54,546 nucleotides of DNA, from NCBI GenBank assembly GCA_964419355.1, contig CAYQOZ010000001.1, positions 1 to 54,546 on the forward strand, given 5' to 3'. Position 1 is the first letter of the stretch. Every line of letters begins with the position of its first letter. The DNA is from an uncultured Candidatus Cloacimonadota bacterium. Its GTDB lineage: Bacteria > Cloacimonadota > Cloacimonadia > Cloacimonadales > TCS61. A model generated the notes under the pieces. The model had not been told where the DNA came from, searched no databases, and was given only the letters and a program-made list of their open reading frames with translations. The position numbers and the translations under genes are program-made. Positions 8,739 through 17,945 of this stretch are shown here, piece after piece.

Positions 8739-10613
8739 ATGTCCAAACAACTTCAAAGAATTATCGCAACTGATTGTGGTAGCACAACAACAAAATCAAT
8801 TCTCATTGAATATGTAGATGGTGAATATCGCCAAACTGTTCGTGGTGAAGCTCCCACAACTGTGGAAAAACCTTTGAACGATGTTACGAAAGGTGTCGTA
8901 AATGCCGTAACCGAATTGGAAGAATTGGCTCGTTTGAAATATAACGATAAAAATATAAAATTTATCAAAGATAATACTATCTGGCTTTCCGAAAAAGAGG
9001 GTGAAGGTGTGGACGCTTATGTTTCTACGAGCAGTGCTGGTGGTGGTTTGCAAATGATGGTTACCGGTGTGGTTGCCAAAATGACTGGTGAAAGTGCGGA
9101 ACGTGCTGCTCTCGGAGCTGGTGCAATTGTGATGGACCTTATTGCCAGCAATGATAAACGTGCAAACTATGAAAAAATCGAAAGGATTCGACAGCTGCGA
9201 CCTGATATGATTTTGATGGCTGGCGGTGTAGATGGCGGAACCACTAAACATGTGGCAGAAATGGCAGAACTTGTCGGTGCCGCCGACCCCAAACCAAGGC
9301 TTGGTTCCAGCTACAAACTTCCAATAATTTATGCAGGAAACAACAAAGCACAAAATATCATAAAAGATGTTTTAGAACAGAAAACAGACCTCATTATTAC
9401 AGATAATCTCAGACCAATTTTAGAAAAAGAAAACTTGGGACCTGCACGAGATAAAATTCACGACCTTTTCATGGAACATGTGATGGCACAAGCTCCTGGT
9501 TACAATAAATTGATGAGCTGGACAAAAGGACCAATTGACGACAAGCTACAAAGTATCCCAATTATGCCAACTCCGGCGGCGGTGGGAAATATTATGCAAA
9601 CAATTGCAAATGTGGAAGATATTGAAGTTTTGGGCGTGGATATCGGTGGCGCTACTACTGATATTTTTTCTGTATTTACAGAAGAGAAAATTTTCAATAG
9701 AACAGTAAGTGCAAATCTGGGAATGAGTTACAGTATTTCCAATGTATTAGCAACCGCTGGATTAAAAGAAATCTTACGCTGGGTTCCATTTGATATTGAT
9801 GAGTCCGCTCTTCAAAATATGATTAAAAATAAGATGATTCGCCCAACTACTATTCCGCAAAAATTGGAAGAGCTAATTTTGGAGCAAGCTATTGCCAAAG
9901 AAGCCCTAAAATACGCTTTTATCCAGCATAAAGAATTTGCGGTTGGCTTGAAAGGTGGACAAAGAAAAAAAGATATTTCGGAAGCATTTTCGCAGGACAC
10001 TTCGGGAGCCAGTATTGTGAATATGATGTCGCTCAATCTCTTGGTGGGAAGTGGTGGCGTTCTTTCACACGCCCCTCGCAGACATCAAGCGATGATGATG
10101 ATGATTGATGCATTTTTGCCAGAAGGAATTACACGACTTGCCGTTGATAGCATTTTTATGATGCCTCAACTTGGTGTGTTGGCAGAAATCAGCGAAAAAG
10201 CTGCGACAGAAGTTTTCGAAAAAGATTGTCTTATACATTTAGGAAGTTGCGTAGCTCCGGTTGGAAATATTAGAGCTGGAAAAATTGCACTTTCTGTAAA
10301 AATAGAACTTCCAAACGGAGAAATTTTCCAAGAAAAAATTCCTAAAGGCGAAGTAAGATTGATACCTTTAGGAGTCGATGAAAAAGCCAAAGCAACCTTA
10401 AAACCCGGAAAAGGCTTGGATCTTGGAGAAGGTAAAAATCAAGAAATTGTTACAGAAATTGGTGGTGGCGTGGTTGGAATTATTCTCGATACGCGTGGCA
10501 GACAACCTTTTGAACTGCCTACAGAAACTTCCGAACGCATTCCTCTTCTAAAAAAATGGATTGAAGAATTTATGGCTTATCCAAAAATCATTACCCAGTC
10601 AGGAGGTAAATAA
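8739..10613 (+). CDS. GlmL/MutL-like (EutA/reactivase-like) ASKHA-superfamily ATPase
   Basis: Start set at ATG 8739, preceded by GGAGG at 8729-8733. The ORF-track start at 8610 overlaps the previous gene. ASKHA motifs are ATDCGSTTTKS, GVDIGGATTDIFS and LLVGSGGVLSHAP. Confidence 0.75.
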   Translation: MSKQLQRIIATDCGSTTTKSILIEYVDGEYRQTVRGEAPTTVEKPLNDVTKGVVNAVTELEELARLKYNDKNIKFIKDNTIWLSEKEGEGVDAYVSTSSAGGGLQMMVTGVVAKMTGESAERAALGAGAIVMDLIASNDKRANYEKIERIRQLRPDMILMAGGVDGGTTKHVAEMAELVGAADPKPRLGSSYKLPIIYAGNNKAQNIIKDVLEQKTDLIITDNLRPILEKENLGPARDKIHDLFMEHVMAQAPGYNKLMSWTKGPIDDKLQSIPIMPTPAAVGNIMQTIANVEDIEVLGVDIGGATTDIFSVFTEEKIFNRTVSANLGMSYSISNVLATAGLKEILRWVPFDIDESALQNMIKNKMIRPTTIPQKLEELILEQAIAKEALKYAFIQHKEFAVGLKGGQRKKDISEAFSQDTSGASIVNMMSLNLLVGSGGVLSHAPRRHQAMMMMIDAFLPEGITRLAVDSIFMMPQLGVLAEISEKAATEVFEKDCLIHLGSCVAPVGNIRAGKIALSVKIELPNGEIFQEKIPKGEVRLIPLGVDEKAKATLKPGKGLDLGEGKNQEIVTEIGGGVVGIILDTRGRQPFELPTETSERIPLLKKWIEEFMAYPKIITQSGGK

Positions 10614-11737
10614 TGGCACAAGCATATTCCCCCGGTCTTAAATGCACCGATAATATAATTCTTAAAAAAGAGAGAATCCTTCCGCTAAAAGGAAGAGTAA
10701 TTGTGAAAAAAGGCGATAAAGTAAAAGCAGAAGATGTAGTTGCAGAGACTCGTCTTCCTGGTAAAGTCATTCCTTTTAATCTCGCAAATAAACTTGGCGT
10801 AACGCCAAATTTGGTTCATCAATATCTCAAAGTAAAAAAGGGTGATGAAATTAAAAAAGGACAATTAATTGCACAGACAAACGGATTTTTTGGCTTTTTT
10901 AAGACCTCTGTAAAATCTCCAATTGAAGGTGAGATTGAAAATATTTCCAAAATAACAGGACAGATGTTATTGCGCGAACCACGCATTCCAATTCAGGTGA
11001 AAGCTTTTATTGATGGCATTGTAGTTGAGGTGGTTGAAGAAGAAGGCGTAGTTATAGAAAATAAATCTGCATACATTCAAGGAATTTTTGGCATTAGCGG
11101 AGAGCGTTCAGGAGAGATAAAAATTTTGGTTTCTGCTCCGAATGAGGTAATTGATGTCGCTAAAATAGATGATTCTTGTAAAGACAAAATCATTGTTTGT
11201 GGTGCTCTTATCTCTTACAACGCAATCAAGCAGGCTCAAAAGGTTGGAGTTACGGGTATTATTTCTGGTGGTATTGACGATCGTGATCTCAAAAAATTAC
11301 TTGGTTACAATATTGGCGTTGCCATTACTGGTCATGAAAAAATTGGTTTAACTCTTGTTATTACAGAAGGTTTTGGCGAAATCAAGATGGCAGCAAAAAG
11401 CTTTGAATTGCTAAAAAGATTTGAGGGAGAAAAAGCATCAATTCACGGCATTACTCAAATTAGGGCTGGTGTGATGAGACCTGAAATTATTATCCCTCGA
11501 GAATTTGATGAGAAAGAACTTGTTGCTCCCGAAGATAAAATGGCTACTTTGGAAATCGGAACTACAATTCGTGTGATTCGCCAACCGAATTTTGGATTAA
11601 TCGGAAAAGTTACTGGTTTGCCAGAAAAATTGACAAAAGTAGAGAGTGAGACGATGGTTCGCATTTTAGATGCTGAATTAGAAAATGGTGAGAAAGTTAC
11701 TATTCCAAGGGCAAATGTAGAAGTTATCGAACATTAA
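10613..11737 (+). CDS. Uncharacterised partner protein with N-terminal barrel-sandwich (lipoyl/biotinyl-like) hairpins
   Basis: TAATG overlap with the upstream stop, and AGGAGG at 10601-10606. Motifs KKGDKVKAEDVVAET and VKKGDEIKKGQLIAQT. The C-terminal alpha/beta-like region reads VGVTGIISGGIDD...VITEGFG. Confidence 0.7.
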   Translation: MAQAYSPGLKCTDNIILKKERILPLKGRVIVKKGDKVKAEDVVAETRLPGKVIPFNLANKLGVTPNLVHQYLKVKKGDEIKKGQLIAQTNGFFGFFKTSVKSPIEGEIENISKITGQMLLREPRIPIQVKAFIDGIVVEVVEEEGVVIENKSAYIQGIFGISGERSGEIKILVSAPNEVIDVAKIDDSCKDKIIVCGALISYNAIKQAQKVGVTGIISGGIDDRDLKKLLGYNIGVAITGHEKIGLTLVITEGFGEIKMAAKSFELLKRFEGEKASIHGITQIRAGVMRPEIIIPREFDEKELVAPEDKMATLEIGTTIRVIRQPNFGLIGKVTGLPEKLTKVESETMVRILDAELENGEKVTIPRANVEVIEH

Positions 11738-11821
11738 TTATTTTTGATTGTAAATCATTGCCTTTTCTTGACAGCATAGAAAGATAGAACATTCGTAATA
11801 TATCAAACTTGAGGAGTGAAG

Positions 11822-12754
11822 ATGGTAAGTAAAGCTCAAAAGTTCAGGTTAGGAATCTTTATTGTCGTTACATCGCTGTTGTTAATTAGTTTTCTTATGC
11901 TAATTGCTGGAAAAAAAATCATGGAAAAACGCGATAATTATTCCATAAAATATGAAAATATCTCGGTAACTGGTCTCCAAATTGGTGGTCCTGTAAAATA
12001 TCATGGAATCCAAATTGGGAGAATAGATGAAATAAATATTGATTCAGAAAATGTGGCAAATGTCATTGTTTTAATCAGTATAAAAGAAGGCACTCCTTTA
12101 AAAGAAGACATCGAGGCAACATTGGTTCCAATCGGCATTACGGGACTTCTCCAAATAGAAATTACAGGCGGAACCAATGAAACGAAATTATTAAAACCCA
12201 ACTCTTTTATTCCACCTGGAGCTTCTATGCTAGGTAATATAACCGGAAAAGCAGAAGTCATTGCAGAAAAATTGGAGATTTTATTGAACAATTTTACGCA
12301 ACTTACTAATGAAGCAAATCGGAAAAAACTTAACAACATTCTCACAAATACAGATATAATTGTAGATGATAACAAAAATTCTATCAATATTATTGCAGAT
12401 AATTTTGCTGAAACTTCTATCGAATTAGCAACACTTACAAAATCTGCCCAAAAAAGTGTTCAAAGCATAAATGAAATAATAGACAGCGGACACATTAAAA
12501 ATATCCTAATAAATTTAGACGAAACATCTTCCGAAATTGCTGATTTAGAGTTGAAAGAATTGTTGAATAACACAAATAAAACTATAGCCGAATTAGAAAG
12601 AACCGTTACAGAGATTGGTGCAACCCATCTTCGTAGCAGACAAGATATTCTCGATATTGTCGAAAGTTTGAAAGAAACGGTTGAATACTTGAATGACTTT
12701 TCTCGTCAAATTTACGAAGACCCCTCATTATTATTACGCACAAAACGAAAATAA
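11822..12754 (+). CDS. mlaD: MlaD-family (MCE domain) protein with long coiled-coil C-terminus
   Basis: ATG 11822 follows GAGGAG at 11811-11816. N-terminal TM. The MCE core reads ISVTGLQIGGPVKYHGIQIGRIDEINID. Confidence 0.8.
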   Translation: MVSKAQKFRLGIFIVVTSLLLISFLMLIAGKKIMEKRDNYSIKYENISVTGLQIGGPVKYHGIQIGRIDEINIDSENVANVIVLISIKEGTPLKEDIEATLVPIGITGLLQIEITGGTNETKLLKPNSFIPPGASMLGNITGKAEVIAEKLEILLNNFTQLTNEANRKKLNNILTNTDIIVDDNKNSINIIADNFAETSIELATLTKSAQKSVQSINEIIDSGHIKNILINLDETSSEIADLELKELLNNTNKTIAELERTVTEIGATHLRSRQDILDIVESLKETVEYLNDFSRQIYEDPSLLLRTKRK

Positions 12755-12764
12755 AGGTGAAAAA

Positions 12765-14801
12765 ATGAAAATCTTAAAATTTGTAATCATCTCAATTTTA
12801 TTAAGTTTAATGCTTGGATGTATAACCACTGAATTGCTCACCAGAAATTATTATGTATTAGAATATTTTAAACACACTGAAAAAAATGAGTTAAAACAAA
12901 CTGAACCTTATGAAGCATCAGTTTATGTTATGGATGCAGAAATTCCAAAATCATATAAAAGAAAACAGCTTGTAGTTCGCCATTTTGGACCACGCATAAC
13001 ATATAGTGATTATGAACTTTGGGGCGTTGACCTTTCCAAAAGTATTCCGGATTTAGTAGCTTCAAGGTTAAGTAGCTACAACATTTTTAGTAAAACGCAA
13101 AGAGAATTTTGGAACACAAGACCAGAATTTGAGATAATGATTTACATTAATAGTTTAGAATTGAATAAGTCTGCTTCTATTTATCAAGCACGCTTAAATA
13201 TCTCTTTTATCCTTAAAGAAACTGGTAATGAAACCCATCTTGTAAAATATTCTGTAAATGATGAAAGAGCGTTGCTCGCAAAAGATTTAGATACTTATGT
13301 GCAAACAATTAATGAGATGATTTTAGAACAATCTGACAATTTTATTCGCAAAATATTAGTGTTTCAAAACAAGCTTAACATAATTAAAGAAACCGAACTC
13401 GATGGAAACAAAGACTCTTCTATTATTGCTTTTGAAGAAGAACAAACATTTAGTGGAAAAGGATTATTGCTTCTACCCGCGTTATCTGGAACTGATAATG
13501 AACCGTATTACATAATTAAGGATCAAAAAGGCAACGAGAAAAATGTAAAACCTGGTGAAGAAGTTCCGCTAAAAGAAGGAAACTATAAAATATCTTACGG
13601 TTCTGGAAATGAAAAGCAAAGAATGAAAAAAGAAAAAGTAGAGATAAGACCAAGATATAAAACTATTATAGAACCAAATTGGGGTTGCCTCATTATTGAT
13701 ATCATTGACGAAAATCGAAATTTTGCCAAAGTGAGATATGAAATTTTTAATTTGAAAAATGGAGAGAGTTTTGGAAGTGAATTCCCGGCAGAAGAAGAAG
13801 TGGGCGAGCAAGATGAAATTTGGATGTTGGAACCCGGATTATACAAAATAACCGTAAATAACGAACCCTTCAATGCTTACCGTGATTTTACAACTGTAAA
13901 AGTGGAAAAAGGTAAATTGCGAGACCTTACCATCGTGATGGATATCGATGATGATGGAAATCCTACAAATCTAATTGGAAGCGGTATTTTAGGTGATAGC
14001 TTTCTTGAAGTAACTTCGCAAAAAATAAATATTAGCAGTGCCATTCACGGAAATTTTAATTTTAACAGCGACAATGAAAATACTGAAAATCAAGAGTATT
14101 CGTTAGCTTTAAATGGGCAGTTGGATAATCGTTTGATTTACAAGAATGGTGCATTCAATTACACATTGAAACATCTAATGGAAATTGGCGTTACAAAAGA
14201 ATATGATGATGATTTTCATTTAGCGACAGATGATTTTGATTTAAAAAATACAGGAATATATTATTTTCTGGAAAATCTTGGATTTTATGGAAGATTTGAT
14301 TTAAATACTCATCTTTTTGATAAAAAAGAAGCAGGCTCTGATACAACGGAAATTGTAGTTGAGCCGAGTCTCTTCCCACTAAAATTAAAAGAGGGTTTTG
14401 GTATTAATTACCGTATTCTAAAATCATCAAAAGCAAACTTAAATATTCGAAGTGGTTTGGGTTTTAGGCAAGACTTTAATAATGATGTCCTCGAATTGAT
14501 AGATTACGATAACAATTCCTATAAATACGAAAATAAATCGAATACAGTAGAAAAAGGTATTGAATTTTCCGCAATTGGAAATTTTAAATTGCCTTTTAAT
14601 CTATCATATTCGACGAATATAGATGTGCTTTTTCCTTTTCAAAAAGATGAAAATTCGACTTATGAATGGGAAAATATTTTTAATCTAAAATTATTCAAAT
14701 ACATTTCATTAGATTATAAACTCAAATTGGAAAACAAAGTTGATAATGATATTATCACAAAACACAGCTTATTCCTGCGCCTTACTTATTTTCTAAAATA
14801 A
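12765..14801 (+). CDS. Lipoprotein: PqiC/YmbA-like ABC-auxiliary domain + beta-sandwich + putative C-terminal beta-barrel
   Basis: ATG 12765 gives MKILKFVIISILLSLMLGC, a lipobox. The N-terminal part resembles DUF330/PqiC (YYVLEY..., YELWGVDLSKSIPDLVASRLS). The C-terminal ~270 aa shows an alternating amphipathic pattern and ends LFLRLTYFLK. Confidence 0.6.
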   Translation: MKILKFVIISILLSLMLGCITTELLTRNYYVLEYFKHTEKNELKQTEPYEASVYVMDAEIPKSYKRKQLVVRHFGPRITYSDYELWGVDLSKSIPDLVASRLSSYNIFSKTQREFWNTRPEFEIMIYINSLELNKSASIYQARLNISFILKETGNETHLVKYSVNDERALLAKDLDTYVQTINEMILEQSDNFIRKILVFQNKLNIIKETELDGNKDSSIIAFEEEQTFSGKGLLLLPALSGTDNEPYYIIKDQKGNEKNVKPGEEVPLKEGNYKISYGSGNEKQRMKKEKVEIRPRYKTIIEPNWGCLIIDIIDENRNFAKVRYEIFNLKNGESFGSEFPAEEEVGEQDEIWMLEPGLYKITVNNEPFNAYRDFTTVKVEKGKLRDLTIVMDIDDDGNPTNLIGSGILGDSFLEVTSQKINISSAIHGNFNFNSDNENTENQEYSLALNGQLDNRLIYKNGAFNYTLKHLMEIGVTKEYDDDFHLATDDFDLKNTGIYYFLENLGFYGRFDLNTHLFDKKEAGSDTTEIVVEPSLFPLKLKEGFGINYRILKSSKANLNIRSGLGFRQDFNNDVLELIDYDNNSYKYENKSNTVEKGIEFSAIGNFKLPFNLSYSTNIDVLFPFQKDENSTYEWENIFNLKLFKYISLDYKLKLENKVDNDIITKHSLFLRLTYFLK

Positions 14802-14802
14802 A

Positions 14803-15864
14803 ATGAAATACGAAAGAGAAACTCTTTTTTTGGAAGGTGAATTAACGCAAAAAACCGTTAATTCACTTTTGATAAAATTTGAGAAACTCTCTTTTGACAA
14901 AATAGACGCGATTGATTTCGGAAAAGTTACAAAAACTGATAGTGCCGGCATTGCATTTATAGATACTTTGCTGATAAACAACAACTCTCCAAAATTAGTA
15001 AACCTAAATAACAATATTGAAAAATCTTTCAAAACTTTCTCTTCAATTGGAATCAAGGCAATGCCCAAATCGAAAAAAGATAATTTTTTTATTCAAACCG
15101 GGGCACAATTATTTGATTTTTTACTGGTTACTAAATCGGCAATTTTTCTAGTTTCGGATATTTTTTATTGGTCATTTGTGGGATTATTCAATAAAAAAGG
15201 ACAAAGAAAAGATTCCGTGATTCATCAAAGTTTGTTTATTGGAGTAGATGCGTTGGGGATTATCGCTTTACTTTCTTTTATTTTGGGATTGATTCTTGCC
15301 TTGCAATCAGCCGCTCAATTAAGACAATTTGGGGCAAATATTTTTGTGGCTGACTTAATGGCTGTCTCGATGGTAACTGAAATGGGACCTTTTTTGACAG
15401 CGATTATTATTGCCGGAAGAAGTGGTTCCTCGATTGCCTCCGAAATTGCTACAATGAAAGTAACCGAAGAATTAGATGCTCTTAAAATAATGGCTATAAA
15501 TCCAGTGCGATATGTTGTCGTTCCCAAATTCCACGCAATGACCCTTTGCATGCCACTTTTGGTAATAGTATCAGCTTTAATCGGGATTTTTGGGGGTTTA
15601 ATTATTGCCGTTACCTATCTCGATCTTTCTGCTGTGGCTTATATAAATCGCATTTTTGAAGTTGTGAAATTTCGTGATACCATTATTGGGTTAGGAAAAA
15701 GTTTTTTCTTTGCTTGGGCAATCGTCATTATCGGAAGTTATTATGGATTCAATGCGGAAGGCGGAGCAGAAGGTGTGGGAAAAGTTACAACTAAAGCGGT
15801 CGTTTCTTCTATCTTTTGGGTAATAATTTTGGACGCAATAAATAGCATGGTATTTTACTTCTAA
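14803..15864 (+). CDS. mlaE: MlaE-family ABC permease with fused N-terminal STAS (MlaB-like) domain
   Basis: STAS-like region: LFLEGELT...IDFGKVTKTDSAGIAFIDTL. MlaE core: ALQSAAQLRQFGANIFVADLMAVSMVTEMGPFLTAIIIAGRSGSSIASEIATMKVTEELDAL. Confidence 0.85.
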   Translation: MKYERETLFLEGELTQKTVNSLLIKFEKLSFDKIDAIDFGKVTKTDSAGIAFIDTLLINNNSPKLVNLNNNIEKSFKTFSSIGIKAMPKSKKDNFFIQTGAQLFDFLLVTKSAIFLVSDIFYWSFVGLFNKKGQRKDSVIHQSLFIGVDALGIIALLSFILGLILALQSAAQLRQFGANIFVADLMAVSMVTEMGPFLTAIIIAGRSGSSIASEIATMKVTEELDALKIMAINPVRYVVVPKFHAMTLCMPLLVIVSALIGIFGGLIIAVTYLDLSAVAYINRIFEVVKFRDTIIGLGKSFFFAWAIVIIGSYYGFNAEGGAEGVGKVTTKAVVSSIFWVIILDAINSMVFYF

Positions 15865-15865
15865 T

Positions 15866-16609
15866 ATGAAAAAGCCAATAATTTCCGTCAAAAACTTGGT
15901 TGCTAAATATGGAGAGAATACTATTTTGGAAAATATATTTATCGATATTTTCCCTGAAGAAATTACTGTAATTTTGGGCGGAAGCGGTTGCGGAAAAACA
16001 ACATTGGTAAAAAATATTATCCGCCTTTATGAACCTTTTTCCGGCAAAGTGAAAATATTTGGAAAAGATGTAACCAAAATGGATGAAGCAGAATTTGAGG
16101 ATATTTTGCAAAATATTGGAATGCTCTTCCAAAATGGAGCTTTGCTAAACTCGATGAATGTTTTCGATAATGTTGCAATTCCCTTGGAACAACACACAAA
16201 TCTACCTCGAGAAATAATCGAAAAAATAATTCGAGTAAAATTGAAATTAGTAAACTTGGTAAACGCCGAAAATTTACAGCCTTCCGAACTTTCTGGTGGA
16301 ATGAAAAAAAGAGCCGCTCTTGCTCGTGCAATTGCCCTTGATCCCAAAATTCTCTTTTGCGATGAACCATCTGCAGGATTAGACCCCGTTACGAGTGCAT
16401 CTTTAGATGAGCTCATTTTAAATTTAAAAAACCTTCTCAAAATGACCATCATTATTGTAACCCACGAATTATCTAGCATTCATCGAATTGCAGACAGAAT
16501 TATTTTTCTGGATGATGGAAAAGTCCTTTTCAGCGGCACGCTTAAAGAAGCAAAATCATCTAATATTTCAGAGATAAAACACTTTTTTGATGCTGGAAGT
16601 TTTGATTAA
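15866..16609 (+). CDS. mlaF: MlaF-type ABC transporter ATP-binding protein
   Basis: Walker A GGSGCGKTT, signature LSGGMKKRAALARA, Walker B ILFCDEPSAGLD. Confidence 0.9.
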   Translation: MKKPIISVKNLVAKYGENTILENIFIDIFPEEITVILGGSGCGKTTLVKNIIRLYEPFSGKVKIFGKDVTKMDEAEFEDILQNIGMLFQNGALLNSMNVFDNVAIPLEQHTNLPREIIEKIIRVKLKLVNLVNAENLQPSELSGGMKKRAALARAIALDPKILFCDEPSAGLDPVTSASLDELILNLKNLLKMTIIIVTHELSSIHRIADRIIFLDDGKVLFSGTLKEAKSSNISEIKHFFDAGSFD

Positions 16610-16630
16610 CAAATTAGTCAATTCGTAATT

Positions 16631-17203
16631 TTATTTACCGTAAATTTTAATCACATCTTTTTCTATTGAGGTTGGAATCATGCCGGAAATACTTTCGTTA
16701 TTTTTTAATTTATCTCTAATTTCAGACGATGAAATATCAATTGGTTTTATTTTGATAAATTTTAGTTTTGAATAAAATGAAAGTTTTTTGAGCTCTTGTA
16801 AATCTGTTCTGGGACGGTCTAAAACCACCATTTGAGTTTCTTCGGGAATTTTTTTATATTCGTGCCAGCTTGTTAAGTTCTTTGCATTATCAGAGCCAAT
16901 AATAAAATAAAATTTGTCGGCAGGATGTTTTTTTTTCAGTCGTCTGATTAAATTAATTGTGTAGCTGAAATTATTTTTGGTAAGATCTTCCTTTGAAAGC
17001 TTGAAATGTGGATATTTCGACAATAGTTTCTGCAATAATTTTATTCTTTGATTGATGGAAGCTACACTTTTTTTTTGAGGATGATTACCTGACGGCAAAA
17101 ACCAAACTTCATCCAAATTTAATTCATTAAAAACAATTTCAGCAATGGCAATATGCCCGTTATGAACAGGGTCAAACGAGCCACCCAATAATCCGATTTT
17201 CAT
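16631..17203 (-). CDS. nadD: Nicotinate-nucleotide adenylyltransferase
   Basis: GLLGGSFDPVHNGHIAIAE (H/TxGH motif) and a size of 190 aa. Confidence 0.85.
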   Translation of the reverse strand: MKIGLLGGSFDPVHNGHIAIAEIVFNELNLDEVWFLPSGNHPQKKSVASINQRIKLLQKLLSKYPHFKLSKEDLTKNNFSYTINLIRRLKKKHPADKFYFIIGSDNAKNLTSWHEYKKIPEETQMVVLDRPRTDLQELKKLSFYSKLKFIKIKPIDISSSEIRDKLKNNESISGMIPTSIEKDVIKIYGK

Positions 17204-17206
17204 ATT

Positions 17207-17932
17207 TTATTTTGAAATGTCTGTTAATTTTTCTGCTTCTTTGCTATCTGGGTATTTATTAATTAACTTTGCCGTAAATTCTGCCACCTTTTTAAGATTT
17301 TCCCTTTTTTGGAATATTTTGATAGAATAGTAGAGAGATAATTTGTCTATTTCGTTGATATTTCCCAACTCAATAATTTCATCAAAATATATTAACGCCG
17401 CACTATAATCATACATTTTGAAATAAACATAACCATTATTATACTTTTTTTCTAGTAAAGAATAATGACATTTTTGAATGTATTCAAAAGCCTCTTTTTT
17501 CTTTTCATCGAATGGAAATTTCTCAATAAAAATTTCAAAAGAGATGATTGCTTTTTTGGTTTCTTCTTGAGTGTAATTTGACGGAAGTGATTCTTCAAAA
17601 TAACAAACGGCTGTCTGAAAAAAAGCTTTATTTACATTTTCATAATCAGGAAATAGCCGAATTACCTCTTCATATTCAAATCTTGCTTCCATAAATTTAT
17701 TCAAATGAAAATAGCAATCAGCTAATTTTATTTGTGCTTCTGCCGTGTAAATTGAGTTTCGTTCAAATACAACATCTGTATAAAATGGGATGGCTTTGTT
17801 GTGTTTTCCTTTTTGGAAATACTTATCTCCAATCTCCATTTTTCTTTCAACCGACATATCTTTGGTTAGCTTATTTGCGTTGCAGCCAAATAACAATATG
17901 CTCAACGTGATGAGGTAAAATAAATTTTTCAA
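17207..17932 (-). CDS. bamD: BamD/YfiO-like TPR outer-membrane lipoprotein
   Basis: Start reassigned to TTG 17932, which follows AGAGGAG. This gives (M)KNLFYLITLSILLFGC, a lipobox. The longer ORF-track form overlaps the upstream gene. The body is TPR-like repeats. Confidence 0.6.
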   Translation of the reverse strand: MKNLFYLITLSILLFGCNANKLTKDMSVERKMEIGDKYFQKGKHNKAIPFYTDVVFERNSIYTAEAQIKLADCYFHLNKFMEARFEYEEVIRLFPDYENVNKAFFQTAVCYFEESLPSNYTQEETKKAIISFEIFIEKFPFDEKKKEAFEYIQKCHYSLLEKKYNNGYVYFKMYDYSAALIYFDEIIELGNINEIDKLSLYYSIKIFQKRENLKKVAEFTAKLINKYPDSKEAEKLTDISK

Positions 17933-17945
17933 AATAACTCCTCTT

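Noticed and set aside
8796-9353. 185-aa antisense ORF inside the GlmL-like gene. Similar shadow ORFs occur at 12001-12387, 16027-16479, 22389-22787, 24090-24560, 39764-40249 and 43029-43409.
   Set aside because: Each lies wholly opposite a gene with strong, recognisable protein motifs. Their translations are low-complexity with no motifs. Such ORFs are typical in AT-rich DNA opposite real genes.
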